The notes beneath the pieces were generated by a model that saw only the letters and a list, made by a program, of their open reading frames with translations, was not told the DNA's origin and did not search any database. The position numbers and the translations under genes are program-made. 64,000 bases of DNA from Octopus sinensis (lineage: Eukaryota), in assembly GCF_006345805.1 (NCBI RefSeq), contig NC_042997.1:98518001-98582000 (forward strand), read 5' to 3'. This document shows positions 12,816 through 25,173 of this stretch, piece by piece (the stretch's first letter is position 1; each line of letters starts with the position of its first letter).

Positions 12816-14060
12816 ACATATATATATATATATATATATATATAGTTGAAAAAAGATTCGAGATCTAGACAAATCAAATGATGGAGATGGAAATAGCACA
12901 GAAGTAAGTCTAAGAAATTTCAATTTAAGAGGAAATTTAATGAAAGATTATAGAAATAAAAAATATTAGCATTACCAATTTCGATATATTTCATCTTATG
13001 AAATATCTGTAAAAAAATTATTAAAACTTGCAAACTTTGAAGTAAAAACAATCTATCTTTTGTCTGGTGGTCAAGAAATTGTCTGGAAGTTTTTCGTTGA
13101 AATCTTCTTTAAATACAGTTTGGTGTAGAGTTCAAAGTGTTAGAGAGTGAGAGAAGGGGTGTCTATTGTCTAAAAGAAATCTTTGTGCTCTTGTCAAGGA
13201 AATGACTAAAAAGCATTTATTGATTGGATTTTATGTCCACCTGTGTGTGTGCGTGTGCGTGAGTGTGTGTGTGCGCGCGCGCGTGTGTGTGTGTTTGTGT
13301 GTATTGTGTTGGATGGGTATTTACATTAAAGAGGGTATTTAGATTGAAGGGTAAGTTTGCCGATCACATAGTTATTAATAGAAATAATTGAAAAGTCTCG
13401 AACCTTTTATTAGGAGACTGAAATTGTTTTCGGTAATTGATTTCTTTTGATTTATTTAGATGTTTTGTTTCTATTATTGTACGTTTTAAATTTGTTCTGG
13501 TTTCACTGTAATAATGAAAAACGTAACACTGTTGTATTTATACTACGAGTCGCAATACCGTTCCGTATTACCAAAGCTTCTCAAATTTGACACAATAGCT
13601 AATCACTTTTATAAATGCCATATAGAATAAAATTCTTATTGAATTGTTTTGCTCATCCGTTAAGACATCTTAGATAAAAATTTGAAATATAGCCGTACAG
13701 GCTGATAGAAAATGTTTTATATTGATAACATTAAGGAATACACCAGCTCAAAATAAGATATATCCTTTGGTGAGAAGTTTGGTTATTAAAACTGTCGTTT
13801 ACTGTGATCCATAATGTCGATCCGTAAAAACTCCAAACAGCCCATGTTCAAATATATGCTTCACTTTAACCAAAATGTTAATCAGCAGCAGGTGCATTCC
13901 TAGTCTATCGAAATTTAATAATTTTCTAACCAGTTGCAGGAAAAAATGTTTGCAATTCCGACATTATTCATAGAATGCGCCAATTAGTACCCACAATGTA
14001 ACTACACACATGTTATTGGTGCTTTTATCTTCTTTGGATTCTTCCCTTTTCCTTTTTTTC

Positions 14061-14095
14061 TTTTCTGACTAAGTGCTATGCTCGAAACATCAAAA
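14061..14095 (+). ncRNA. Degenerate minimal hammerhead motif in a dispersed Penelope-like 3' end (~14000-14200)
   Basis: tttt-CTGACTA-a-gtgc-tat-gctc-GAAA-ca-TC-aaaa. The downstream flank is homologous to those of the copies at 20940 and 61590. Confidence 0.55.
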
Positions 14096-14429
14096 TCTAT
14101 CTCTTTTTACCGAGCGTCAAACTAATACATTCCATGTGCACGTCTTCCTATCATTTGTTATTGTTATTTTTAATTTTAGTTTATTTGATTTACATATACT
14201 AATAGATAATAAAACAAGTGGTTTATAACTGGCAACTTACTGGTAAAGCATGATAAAGTGTTCCTTATGTATATGATTAATGAGAGATGGCAGACGGAAG
14301 ATATGAGAATTTTTATTAATCGCTACAATCGATTCGACCCATCTATCATATTCTTTAGATAGACACAAAGACACACAGAGTAAGGTAATATAAACGTCCT
14401 TCACTCTATGTTTATTCACTTCTTTGACA

Positions 14430-14595
14430 GTTGGAGTTGGTTAGTTTATCTCCCCATGACTTAACGGTTCGGCAAAGAAAACAGAATAAATACTGGTCTT
14501 AAAATGTTTAAAAATAGACGAAAGTACTAGGGCCGATTAGTTCGACTAAAACCCTTCGTTCACTAATTGAAACAGGTTAAAAATAAGAGATAAAA
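14430..14595 (+). mobile_element. 3' half of SINE family B
   Basis: cttaacggttcggcaaag..ttcgactaaaaccc..tgaaacagg matches 28160-28290. Confidence 0.7.
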
Positions 14596-15084
14596 ATACA
14601 AGCACCGCATTTGGTCACAGTGATTTGCCTTCCCGCCCAGTTGGGGAAGTATTGAAGCCAAGCAATGTTTGCTTCTCTTAAAAGTCACATGATCCGTCTA
14701 ACGTTTTAATAGCTCAGCGGCTATGCCGGAAAACATTTTCTTCTTCATTTTTTAGGTGTGACTTCACATCGGCAGTTTTTCTTTGTCTGGCATATTTGAG
14801 TCTTTGCTCATCAGAGCTTGTTCTGTGCCCTGTAAAACAGCTTTTTCGCGCCTTGAATTCACTTGCGAATGGGTCTCCATGATCGTAGAAATTCAGAGAC
14901 AGCTGACTGATAATGGGAGCCCAACAAGAAGACATGAATGAACTAACATTTGCGATAAAGCTCTCTCTCTCTCCCCCACTCTCTCTCCCTCACTTAGTTC
15001 ACCTTTCTTTTACCTTCGTTTTCCTCAAACTAAAATTTTCAATAGTGATAAAATTTAATACATTAGATTGTTATTTATTTTTTA

Positions 15085-15240
15085 CCTTTTACTTATTTCA
15101 TTGAACTGCGGCCATGCTAGGGCACCGCCTTGAAGAGTTCATAGTCGAAAAAGGTCGACTCCAATACTTTTGAAGTCTGGCACGTACTCTATTGGTTCTT
15201 TTGCCAAACACACGCAAACCGACACGGGTTGTTAAGCGTC
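15085..15240 (-). mobile_element. 3' part of SINE family B
   Basis: actgcggccatgctagggcaccgcctt is the reverse complement of the family B tail. Confidence 0.7.
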
Positions 15241-15404
15241 TGTCGTGTATGTATGCGATTGTTCGGTTTCATTTCAGGATTCCTTGCCAATAGAGAAAAA
15301 GCCGGTTTCTCACTTAGATCCAAGGCTCCTTCATTGGAATTTCAACATCAACATTAAAATATTTTTGTATGTATGTATGTATGTATGTATATTTGTATGT
15401 ATGT

Positions 15405-18400
15405 GTGCAGATTTGCATGCTTTGCTATCTGTAAGTATTCGCATTCATAAAGTTGCATATCTAGACATGCTCATATATATTTAAATGATAAACTTCTGGA
15501 AAGTTTTACAGATTTTTACAGTTCCAGTAATAGATTGGATCTTTAGTCATTGAATTAGCTTTCTATTTTCTGGTTATGAGGAACCTAATTTCTCAAGATT
15601 GGTATTTAGGCAGTGTGATATTTATCCCATGGCCCCAATAATTGCCGGTATAAACCTGAAATTGTGATCTAGATAAAGTAATTGCAGATTACTCAATAAT
15701 TCAACTTAGGCATTCTCTTTTTCACTGATCTTCAGCATTATGATAAAATCCGCCGAGCAGCTAATTTCCACAACTGTACACAGTGTCTCTTCTCTATCCC
15801 AAAAATTTATATCAAGTCTGTTGTGCTTACATTTTATTGAGGTCTTCACTGGAACATTCCACAACCACTCCTTTTCATTATGAGTGGCTATGGCTTCTAC
15901 CATACTGCGGGCTCTTATTTTTTTGTCCTTGTAGTTATACTTCCGACGGATTTCAGTATAGAGTGTCCTAGCTACATCATGCCTCATCGGTAGATAATGC
16001 CGTGATGACATTTTCGGATAGCTGCTTATGATGTGGGTGATATTTTCGGTGTTAACTTCACAAATCTGCATCGGTTCTCACATTTTACTGCTTTTCCTTC
16101 ATCTCTATCCTTTTTGTGCATCAGGTACTTGGTTGATATTTCCTATTTCTGGATTGCAAAAACATACCCTTCGAAGTGATAGGTAGTAATCTAGCTGTTA
16201 TTCTATGAAACACTGCTTTAATGATCGATGTTACAATCATATCGAAGCTTTCTACTAACATATCCATGCATAGTCCTCTGCTCATACAGGCTTATCCTTT
16301 CATCTGATATGTTGCGGTAGAATCGCGCGGCTTCTCTGGGTATGTATTCTACGTTATCAGACAAAGAATGTTTGTCAAGGAGCTGCCTTCCAAGTCTTAT
16401 GATGGTATCAGCCTCATATATGTAAACTTGGTCAAGAGATGGACACATGATGGTTAAAAGGGATATGATGCGACATCCAAAGGCATTTTGGATCGATGTT
16501 AAGCATCTGCCGCCTTGTTTTCGTTTTAGGTAGAGGTGGTCTACATCACTGTTGATGTGGAAATTAGGTGTGCTATTTAGTATTTCGGGGGTTTTACATG
16601 AAAGGCTCAGATTTCATCAAGCGTCCAATCAAACAGCCCAAATTTTGGTTTGAAAACTGGCACTTCAAACGCATTGTAAGCCACTGTTTTATTGAACGCA
16701 GAAAGTTCTGAGGCCCAAATTTTCTTTATTCGGCTGTAATATTTTTAGTGACACGTGTTTTGTTGCAGGCACCGTTGTAAGATATGTTTCATCCACCCCT
16801 AGATTCCTGTAACGTTCCTCGTCAGATATAGGGGAGACAGTCAAATCGTGACTGAGATGTTGCTAATCTGCTTTATATGCTTTTTCACAAGCATATAACA
16901 ACATCTACCCTGATCAAACTCAAACCCTACATCCTTTGAGAATATTGTAACTGGGTCAAGGCTCTTTTTCATCTGATGCATATTCTTTGCATAAAGTTTC
17001 AAGTCATCTACAAAGAAACAGTGTGGAATTTTGGTATTTTTGTTTCCTTGTGAACCAATGAAAGATATCCCTCAGACATCCTTAACATGAATGACAAGGG
17101 GTTTACAGAAAGTATAAACAATATCACAGAGTGGCTGACCTTTTGGAATATGCCCTTGTGATACTGTATTGTATCAGTGATAATATAGTTATTCGTTGTG
17201 TTTCATTTCAAGATTGTCGCCCACAATGAAGGCAGGACAGCTATGGCTTTGACTATGCTCACTGGAACTTTAGCAAGTTGAAGGGCTTCTAGCATCCATG
17301 AGTGGGGAACAGTGTCAAAGGCTTACTTGGAGTCTAGCCACAATGAAACTAGGTTCCTCCTATGCTCCTACACCTCTGACATTACAGCTTTGGATTAACA
17401 ATTGCTCGACGCATCCCCAGACTCCCTTCTTCCTAGCTGCTTGTTCTGCTCTGATGATGTTATTGGTTTCCCAATGGTCATGGTGGAAGAGGTTTAAGCA
17501 TGCTGCATATATTTTATGCATTAAGTTCTGGCATGCAATTGGCCGGTAGGTTTTTTGCCATGGGGTGTTTCTGCATTTGGGGATCAATTTTGTCTCTGCT
17601 AGAGCTAACCAATGTTGTATGCTACTGTTCCCATTGAGAGCGTGCTAGTACAGATTGATAAGATATGGTCGGTAGAAGGTTAGGTTCTTGTACCAATATT
17701 CAACAATCAAGTCTCTTCCAAGTGCTTTTCTATCCTGGAGTTTCTAGATCACAGTTACAATAGCTTCACCATCAATGTTGTATGTCTTGGGTGTAACGCA
17801 GGTACAATAACTTCTTCGGATTTCTTCCAGCCACAGAAAATCTTGGTTAAACTCCTTCTCTTCACTCCAGGAGTCTATGTCTTCTCGTGAAGCAGCTTCT
17901 GTGATGTTCACGGTTCCTCCTCTCATGTCTCTCTATACTGCTTCCTGGCTCCGGTTGATTTTTTCTTTATTGTTCTTCTCTGTGTTATTCTTTTCTGAAG
18001 TCGGAGTTTTTCACTGACAGCTTTTAGCTCCTACTTGGGGGCAATCAGTTTTATGTGAGTATCCTCTTTTTGCTGCCTCCAGACATAATTTCTATCTCCT
18101 TCTTAATTTTCTGTTGGTGGGACGTATATTGATTTCCTTGTTTACACGCAAAAAGCATCTCTGTCTTCAAACCCATGATGATTACTTTCTTTGTTGTTTC
18201 GATTTTGTTTACTTTTTGAATGTCATTCATGTATTGCTTTGCAGTAGTAGCCAGATCACATAGACAGGCGTTAATCTGCGATAATCTGGGTTCATCCCAC
18301 TGCAGTAGATACTCATCAACAACTTCGTTAACAGCTTTTAATACCGTATCTGATGGTTTTTTTTACTTATTTAGGCAGAAAATACTCTCTCTTCGAGAGC

Positions 18401-19180
18401 ATGCTTCAAAGCGACAGTTATTTTTTCTCGGAAAATTTCAGTAAGGGCACATTTCACCGGTATATATTCATGACTACCACTACCATTTACCATAGTCGTA
18501 GTAGGGGGACAGTGGTCAGTTACTTGCGCAAGTAATGTAGTTTGGCTGGCAGGCACTTTGGAATATGTTGGAATGTCGCTAGCTGCGAAACCACGTGGTG
18601 GTCTTAGATCATACACGTTTTCGATTTTTGTTTATGGAGTTGGTAAGAAGGTTCATTTTCGATTTTTTAAAATAAAGTTACAGTTACTAACCTTCCTACG
18701 TTCTACAAATGTTGCTTGTTGGCGTAGTTGCTTCACAGTAAAATAATTTAATTCTGGATGCAGATCGACCGAATAGGATTACAATCGATTCATATAGCCA
18801 ACAGTGGGCTTTTGTTTCGCCTTTTTGTAGCTGTTAAACAGATCAGTATTCAATTCATAACTCCAAGAGAAATGAGTATGATAATTATAGTGTTTTCTAT
18901 AACTACAACTAGAAAGAATTTGTTTAGCTGTTGAGCTGTTGTTTTCGTTCTGTTCCTCGGTTGTGTTGTTGTTGATGTTGTGTCCAGCCATGTTATTTTT
19001 AGTAATTGTCTGCATGCTAAATTCAAGTTTCAGTCGAAAATCACTGTGATCGTTAATTCCTCTGGAGATTGACCAGTTATATAACAAGGCTGATACTTGA
19101 AGCTCCAAAGTTGGAGATTGTATTCATTGCATTTTCGATAAATAGCCTCCCACGCCAACTACGCGACTTGTCTCTTCGAG
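15405..19180 (-). mobile_element. Near full-length degenerate R4/Dong-like non-LTR retrotransposon (second family)
   Basis: N-terminal WSYELNTDL..GYMNRL; YRPIACQNLMHKIY; EQAARKKGVWGCVEQLLI; FVDDLKLYA (~17000); RHDVA..WNVPVKT..HNRLDI..VVEISC. The 3' end runs into (CATA)n and the 5' end abuts (TG)n. Confidence 0.9.
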
Positions 19181-19275
19181 TGTGTGTGTATGTGTGTGTG
19201 TGTGTGTGTATGTGTGTGTGTGTGTGTGTGTATGTGTGTGTGTGTGTGTGTATGTGTGTGTGTATACATAACAAA

Positions 19276-19413
19276 AATACGCATGGAGAAAATCACGTCT
19301 TTAATTGTAGGATTCACTTTACAAACCCGACAATTATCTCTATTAATATAAACAATTGTGAACTTCGTCAGGTGAATTCTACAATTAAAAATGTGATTTT
19401 CTCCATACGTATT
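19276..19413. repeat. Short inverted repeat (42-bp arms) with a hammerhead 5' half on the minus strand
   Basis: Arms 19276-19317/19372-19413. The minus strand reads CTGACGA-a-gttcacaatt..aattgt from 19371 leftwards; no GAAA follows. Confidence 0.65.
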
Positions 19414-19611
19414 GTTTTCTTGTGTAATACGCTGAATTTTTCTAAATTCATCTGAATGATATTTGGATCTACTTGTCATACATAATGAATTACTGTGAAT
19501 ATGCTTTCTGCTTGCATTTTTGGTATCTGATTGTTGCCTGTATATAGTTAATCAAATTAACATAATGTTTTATTGATATTTGCCGGGATTTCTTTAATCC
19601 GTTTTTCTCTT

Positions 19612-19643
<32 letters not shown>

Positions 19644-19646
<3 letters not shown>

Positions 19647-19846
19647 GATGTCCCAGAAGTCGCGCAAAATTTTGGTTTTCATTAAAAATAATTAAAGCGT
19701 ATTATTTTATTATATTTTTCGGCATGTTTTATTGTAGAGGGTCCTCAATTTGAGCATTTGTTGTGATTAATTTCAATAAAGTGTTTTTGAAATCAATAAT
19801 GGTGTATTCTTTTAAAAAACAGGATGGTACGCGATTTCTGGGATAC

Positions 19847-19850
<4 letters not shown>
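19644..19850. mobile_element. Tc1/mariner-type MITE (207 bp) inserted in (TA)n
   Basis: Imperfect TIRs caggatgtcccagaagtcgcg / cgcgatttctgggatactctg, with TA on both sides. Confidence 0.8.
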
Positions 19851-19931
<81 letters not shown>

Positions 19932-20939
19932 ATAGTTTAAATTAGCCTCATTAAGGTAGAAAATGCTAAAATAATTATGAAATATATTTTGTAACGGTTA
20001 GTCTCGGTTTCCGTCTTTTCGACTTTTTCTACTAAGAGTAAAACAAACATGGATATTAATTAAATCTACACTTCAATTTTCCTTGTCTCATCCATTTCTT
20101 CTCTCCTTTTTCACTTGCGCTAACATTTTTCCTATGTTCTTTACATTACCAACCCACGCACCTCCATGGAATAACATACATGCACCGTTTTCCCTGCTGC
20201 TTCACTCTCCTTACCGCTCACTCTTCTCCTCAAAAAGGCCTTTTTGTCCCGTCCACCACTTTCATTCTTCTTTGTCCCACGCACGTATCGTATGGCTTTT
20301 CCTCTTTTCATCACAGATATTTCATCTACTTCGGGCGTTTTGCCAGTTTCTGGAAGACTAGTCGTTATGTGCAAAATACTTTATCAAATTCTTCAGATTG
20401 TTTTGTATTTTCACCAATATCTTTGCCAGATTTCTAGCAAGTCAACCGATTTTCAAATTTTTGCTACATCTTACACTCTTTGTTTTAAAACACTTTTGCA
20501 CACATATCAACAACAGCATCCATACTTCTCTTGTCATCACATTTGCTTTATCAATACTTATATTTCCTTGCACAGGCTCACTCTCCCTCAGATATAGGCT
20601 TTCATTCTACCAGCACCACTACATTTCATAACTCACATATTTCTAAACACACAGCTACTGTTTGTCAAGCGGTGAAGGGTGACATAGACATAGACACACA
20701 CATGTATATATATATGTGTGTGTGTATAGACACACACATGTATATATACATGTGTGTGTGTGTGTGGATGTGTGCGTGTGTGTGTGTGTGCGTGTGTGTG
20801 TGTATACATAATATAAATAATATATATATATATATATATGCATATATAAAGGGAAAGTTTATGATAATAAACAAAAGATGAAGGCAGGTGGTGTACAAAC
20901 AAACAAATGTATTAGTATAGCACTCAGGAATAGAAAAAG

Positions 20940-20977
20940 TCTTATACGTTTCGAGCCTACGCTCTTCTACAGAAAGA
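20940..20977 (-). ncRNA. Degenerate minimal hammerhead motif in a dispersed Penelope-like 3' end (~20850-21030)
   Basis: Minus strand tcttt-CTGTAGA-a-gagc-gtag-gctc-GAAA-CG-TA-taaga. Confidence 0.55.
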
Positions 20978-21089
20978 TACATAGAAAAAACAAGGGGAGA
21001 AAAAAATATGTGTAGTAGCTAACGATCTATCATGCATATATACATAGGTATATGTACATACTTACATCTATACTTATATATATGCATAT

Positions 21090-21176
<87 letters not shown>

Positions 21177-21327
21177 TATGTGGGCACAGAACGTCATGAA
21201 ACGCGTGCAACAAAAAAAATGCGAAGTACGAGTACATGGAATATAAACTATTCTTTCGAACAACGAAAGCATTTACCAACAGTATACGCTTTCGATGAGA
21301 CAGTTGCTCCAATGTACATATAATCAG

Positions 21328-21475
21328 CAGGATTCTTTCAGTTTCCATTTACCAAAGTCACTCACAAGGCTTTGGTCGACCTCAGAATATTGTAGAAAAC
21401 ATCTGCCCAAGATACCACGCAGTGGGACTGAATACTGAACCATATAGTTGAGAAGCAGGCTTCTTACCACACACC
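21328..21475 (-). mobile_element. 5' half of SINE family B
   Basis: Reverse complement of the 27889 head (tgcccaag..acgcagtgggactgaa..cttaccacac). Confidence 0.8.
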
Positions 21476-22101
21476 CAATTTTATATATAAGTATGTGCTG
21501 TGTATGTGCACGTATATGTATATATATATACATCTATATCCATCGATATACACACGCACATACACGCTCATCTGATAAATAAGCTCAAATCGTAGCCGTA
21601 ATTTCTGTAACTTGCATTGAAATAGGTTTTGACGACAAAATGTTGGAATTAATTTTTTTTTTTCAAAGTTTCAAGCGCTTTTAATTACATATTAAGAAAT
21701 TTCCTCTCCTTACAATGTTTCTACTGTGGATCTAATTCACTTGAAACGCCATATTTAGTTTAAAAAAATAGAATATCTTTTCCCTCATAGTAAGAAAGGA
21801 AGTTGACGAGAAAATATTGTCTTCTTCACATAACTGGTGACATCACAGGTTACGTTTGATAGCAATTTGGTTTTTTTACTATAGGTCTAAATGTTATTTC
21901 TGACCCGTTTTCTTTTTATGAAATTTATTTTTGTTCATTCATTTCAACTTGTATACAGAAAAATAATTTCAAAACTGTATATACCTTATATTTGCTTCCA
22001 AGCCAAGCAAATTTTGAAGTAATAAAAGAGTTCAAACAATGGAAATATTGCGGAGAAGTGAGATTTTTAGCACACACCACATAGACTTAAACAGAAGAAA
22101 C

Positions 22102-22144
<43 letters not shown>

Positions 22145-22390
22145 GGAAAAGAAAGAGAGTAACAGTGAGAGAACCAAAATAACGGTTTTTCTGAGTAAGC
22201 AGTTGTATTATGTTGATTCAAGCAGGAAGGAAAATAGAAGGAATCATAATATACTGATAAATAGCCGTAGAAGGGTAGAAAATCTTTACGGAACTCAAAA
22301 GTGGCTCTGAATATTGTGATGAAAGAAATTGGGCGATAATGATATTTGCCTGAAAATCATTCAATATTTTGTAAATTATATTGTAATATG

Positions 22391-22693
22391 TGGAGGGGCA
22401 ATGGCCCAGTGGTTAGGGCAGCGGACTCACAGTTGTAGGATCGCGGTTTCGATTCTCAGACCGGGCGTTGTGAGTGTTTATTGAACGAAAACACCTAAAG
22501 CTCCACGAGACTCTAGCAGGGGGTGGTGGCGATCCCTGCTATACTCTTTTGCCACAACTTTCTCTCACTCTTTCTTCTCTTGGCCTGCTCGCTTAGCCAG
22601 CGGGGTGGCGTCATTTGAAGGCTAAAACAATGCGTAACGCATTGTGACCAGCGATGTGAAACAACTTCTGATAGCCTAGTAGGTCACGGTGAT
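22391..22693 (+). mobile_element. tRNA-derived SINE (family C)
   Basis: A-box tggcccagtggttaggg, B-box ggtttcgattctc. A related copy lies at ~46500-46800. Confidence 0.85.
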
Positions 22694-23229
22694 ATTGTAA
22701 ATATAGTATCTTATTTTTAAAATAATTTTTGTAATTATCGTTAAAACACTTAATGGCCCAGTAAAATGTGAAAACACTTGGTTAAAAGCATGGTGTAGTA
22801 TATTTTTCAAAAATACATGCAGGCTAGCAGTTCATTGTTGGACTACGTTTCATGAAGTAGGAAGTACTAAGATGGAAGTGTACAGGCAAATCTCATCGTT
22901 GTCGTTTATGTTTCATTGAACCAGAGCGAGGTTGGTACTGAGGTTGAATTTAATTATGTCATTATCATAGCATAAAAGGTAACATTGAATGATTATCAGT
23001 AATTTCATAATTGCAAATACCAAACCTAGTCTGAAACCCAGATAAGTACACAGTTCGGTAATCCAATGCACTCCCAGCACTGGAAACTAGTTTGTCGAAG
23101 CTAGACTGGATAGCATCTGAGGATACTGGTTTCTATCTTCATAATTCTAATGTACAACATTGTTTAGTTCCCCATTGCAAAATAGTGTACATGTATTGAA
23201 ATTTTCTTGTGTACAAAATTCAATGAATC

Positions 23230-24120
23230 GGATCTTTTCTGTTTGGTTGGCTGCGGCTGCCAGCGTAAATTTTCTATTCGAATTGATTTCATATTTAGTG
23301 TAACGATATACTATTGTTGTCTAATTAAATACGTGAAAGAAATTTTCGCTATAAATCAATAAATAAAGACTTATTAGTAATTAAAGTTTTAACATTTTTT
23401 GAACATTTTGATAATTTTAGCCAATCGTAAGCCACAGACACATTCATATCTGTTTCGATATTAACAAGAACTCTTTTGCTTTTTACCATGGTAACAGTCT
23501 TTGAATAGTTAGCAAGGAGGCACGTGTTGACAACAGTCAACCAGGAAAGGGTCCTTCCTGAGCAGTGGGTTTTCGGAGAAGTGTGTCGCGTGGCTAGACA
23601 GGTTTTCTGTATGCATATTTAAATTGTAATTAAACTTATTTAAATTGTTTAATGTTTGTTTCTTTTTGTCATTAAGCATTGAGGTGGTAGTGAGGTGTGC
23701 AAATATAACAGCTAAATAAGATTGTTTGGATGAATCTTTTAAATTAAAGTTTATTTGCCAACAACTCGCTCAGAGATTTAAAACTGTTTTTCTGTTTCAA
23801 ATTAAGATGAACATTTATTTACATGAAAGAAAATAACTGGAGACAGAACACGTGTTTTTACAAATATTAACAACGCTTGCTATTTTCAGGATGTTGACAA
23901 AACGTTCAGTCACACACAAAAGGATAGCTTTCAAAACTGTTTCGTGAGTGGGTGAAAATGGTCAAACTTTAAACCTCTATAACTTTTTAAAAACATTTTT
24001 CTGGCAAAATTGAAATAACTCCAGAAATTGAGTTTGGGCAAGTATATTATTATGCCAAACTTAAATATTTTCAGTAAACTTTAATTTTTGGAGCCGCTGG
24101 CAGCCAAACAGAAATGATCC
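23230..24120. mobile_element. Non-autonomous DNA transposon with GGATC termini and 8-bp TSD (Merlin-like)
   Basis: Left end ggatcttttctgtttgg..gctgccagcg; right end cgctggcagccaaacagaaatgatcc. Flanks aatgaatc (23222-23229) / aatgaaac (24121-24128). Confidence 0.8.
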
Positions 24121-24924
24121 AATGAAACCACTAACAATATAGAGATTATTTCCAAATGCATGAAGTGACTCTTCAACATCTTCATCACGTGATGTGCTTC
24201 AACTTTGGGGTTAGATTACCAACATCTCACTGAGTGTTACATTTACTACTCTTCATGGATGAGATAACATGACCTTTTATAAATGCATCAAACGCATGCT
24301 TTCTCACATTTCTCAAGTGGACCCATCGTTAAAGTTTCACCGTGAAAGAAACCTTTTCACTTTTCGCTTCTCCGCAGGCTTGCTAATTAGGTGAGACAAC
24401 ACACAGCCAAATTCAAACGATATATAATTTTTGAATTAATCCATGTTCTAAATATGTGTTCTTCCATCTATAGTGGGGTGAGTAAGTTTCAGATAAGCAG
24501 ACTTACAGAAAGAAAGAACTGTACATAATATTTAGTAAGGGCTTGATAAAGTGAGATGCAACTGGGAAGATAAAAGAAGTCGTACAATACGATAAAAAAA
24601 AATTGGAATGTAAAACATATGGTGCAGGTTCTTGTGGGAGAAAACTTAGAACAAGGTGAATAAAGGAGAAACAAAACATAGAAATCAAGGCTGTGCAGGT
24701 TTCAGTTAAAATGACATATAATGAAAACGAGAAACAATATTATAAGACCATTATCTTCTGTGAACCCAGCAAGCATGCAAATGTATTTTAGCTTGACAAA
24801 GACCCGCCATCTACTAAATACTGAAATATCTATAATTCTTAAAAATGAAGTGAAGATTTACTTATGTCATTTCATATATATATATGAATACGAATATACT
24901 ATGAGTAGACATTAAACGTGTATT

Positions 24925-25030
24925 TGGGTGTGTGGTTAAAAAGCTTGCTTTGCGAACGCCTCATTTCGGGTTCAGTTGCACTGTGCAGCAAGTGTCTTCT
25001 ACTTTACATAGTGAAGAAATTACGCAAATG
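24925..25030 (+). mobile_element. Degenerate 5' fragment of SINE family B
   Basis: gtgtgtggttaaaaagcttgc..gggttcag..caagtgtcttctact. Confidence 0.6.
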
Positions 25031-25040
25031 TCGGAGTTCA

Positions 25041-25071
<31 letters not shown>

Positions 25072-25096
25072 GTGTGTGTGTGTGTGTGTGTGTGGG

Positions 25097-25169
<73 letters not shown>

Positions 25170-25173
<4 letters not shown>

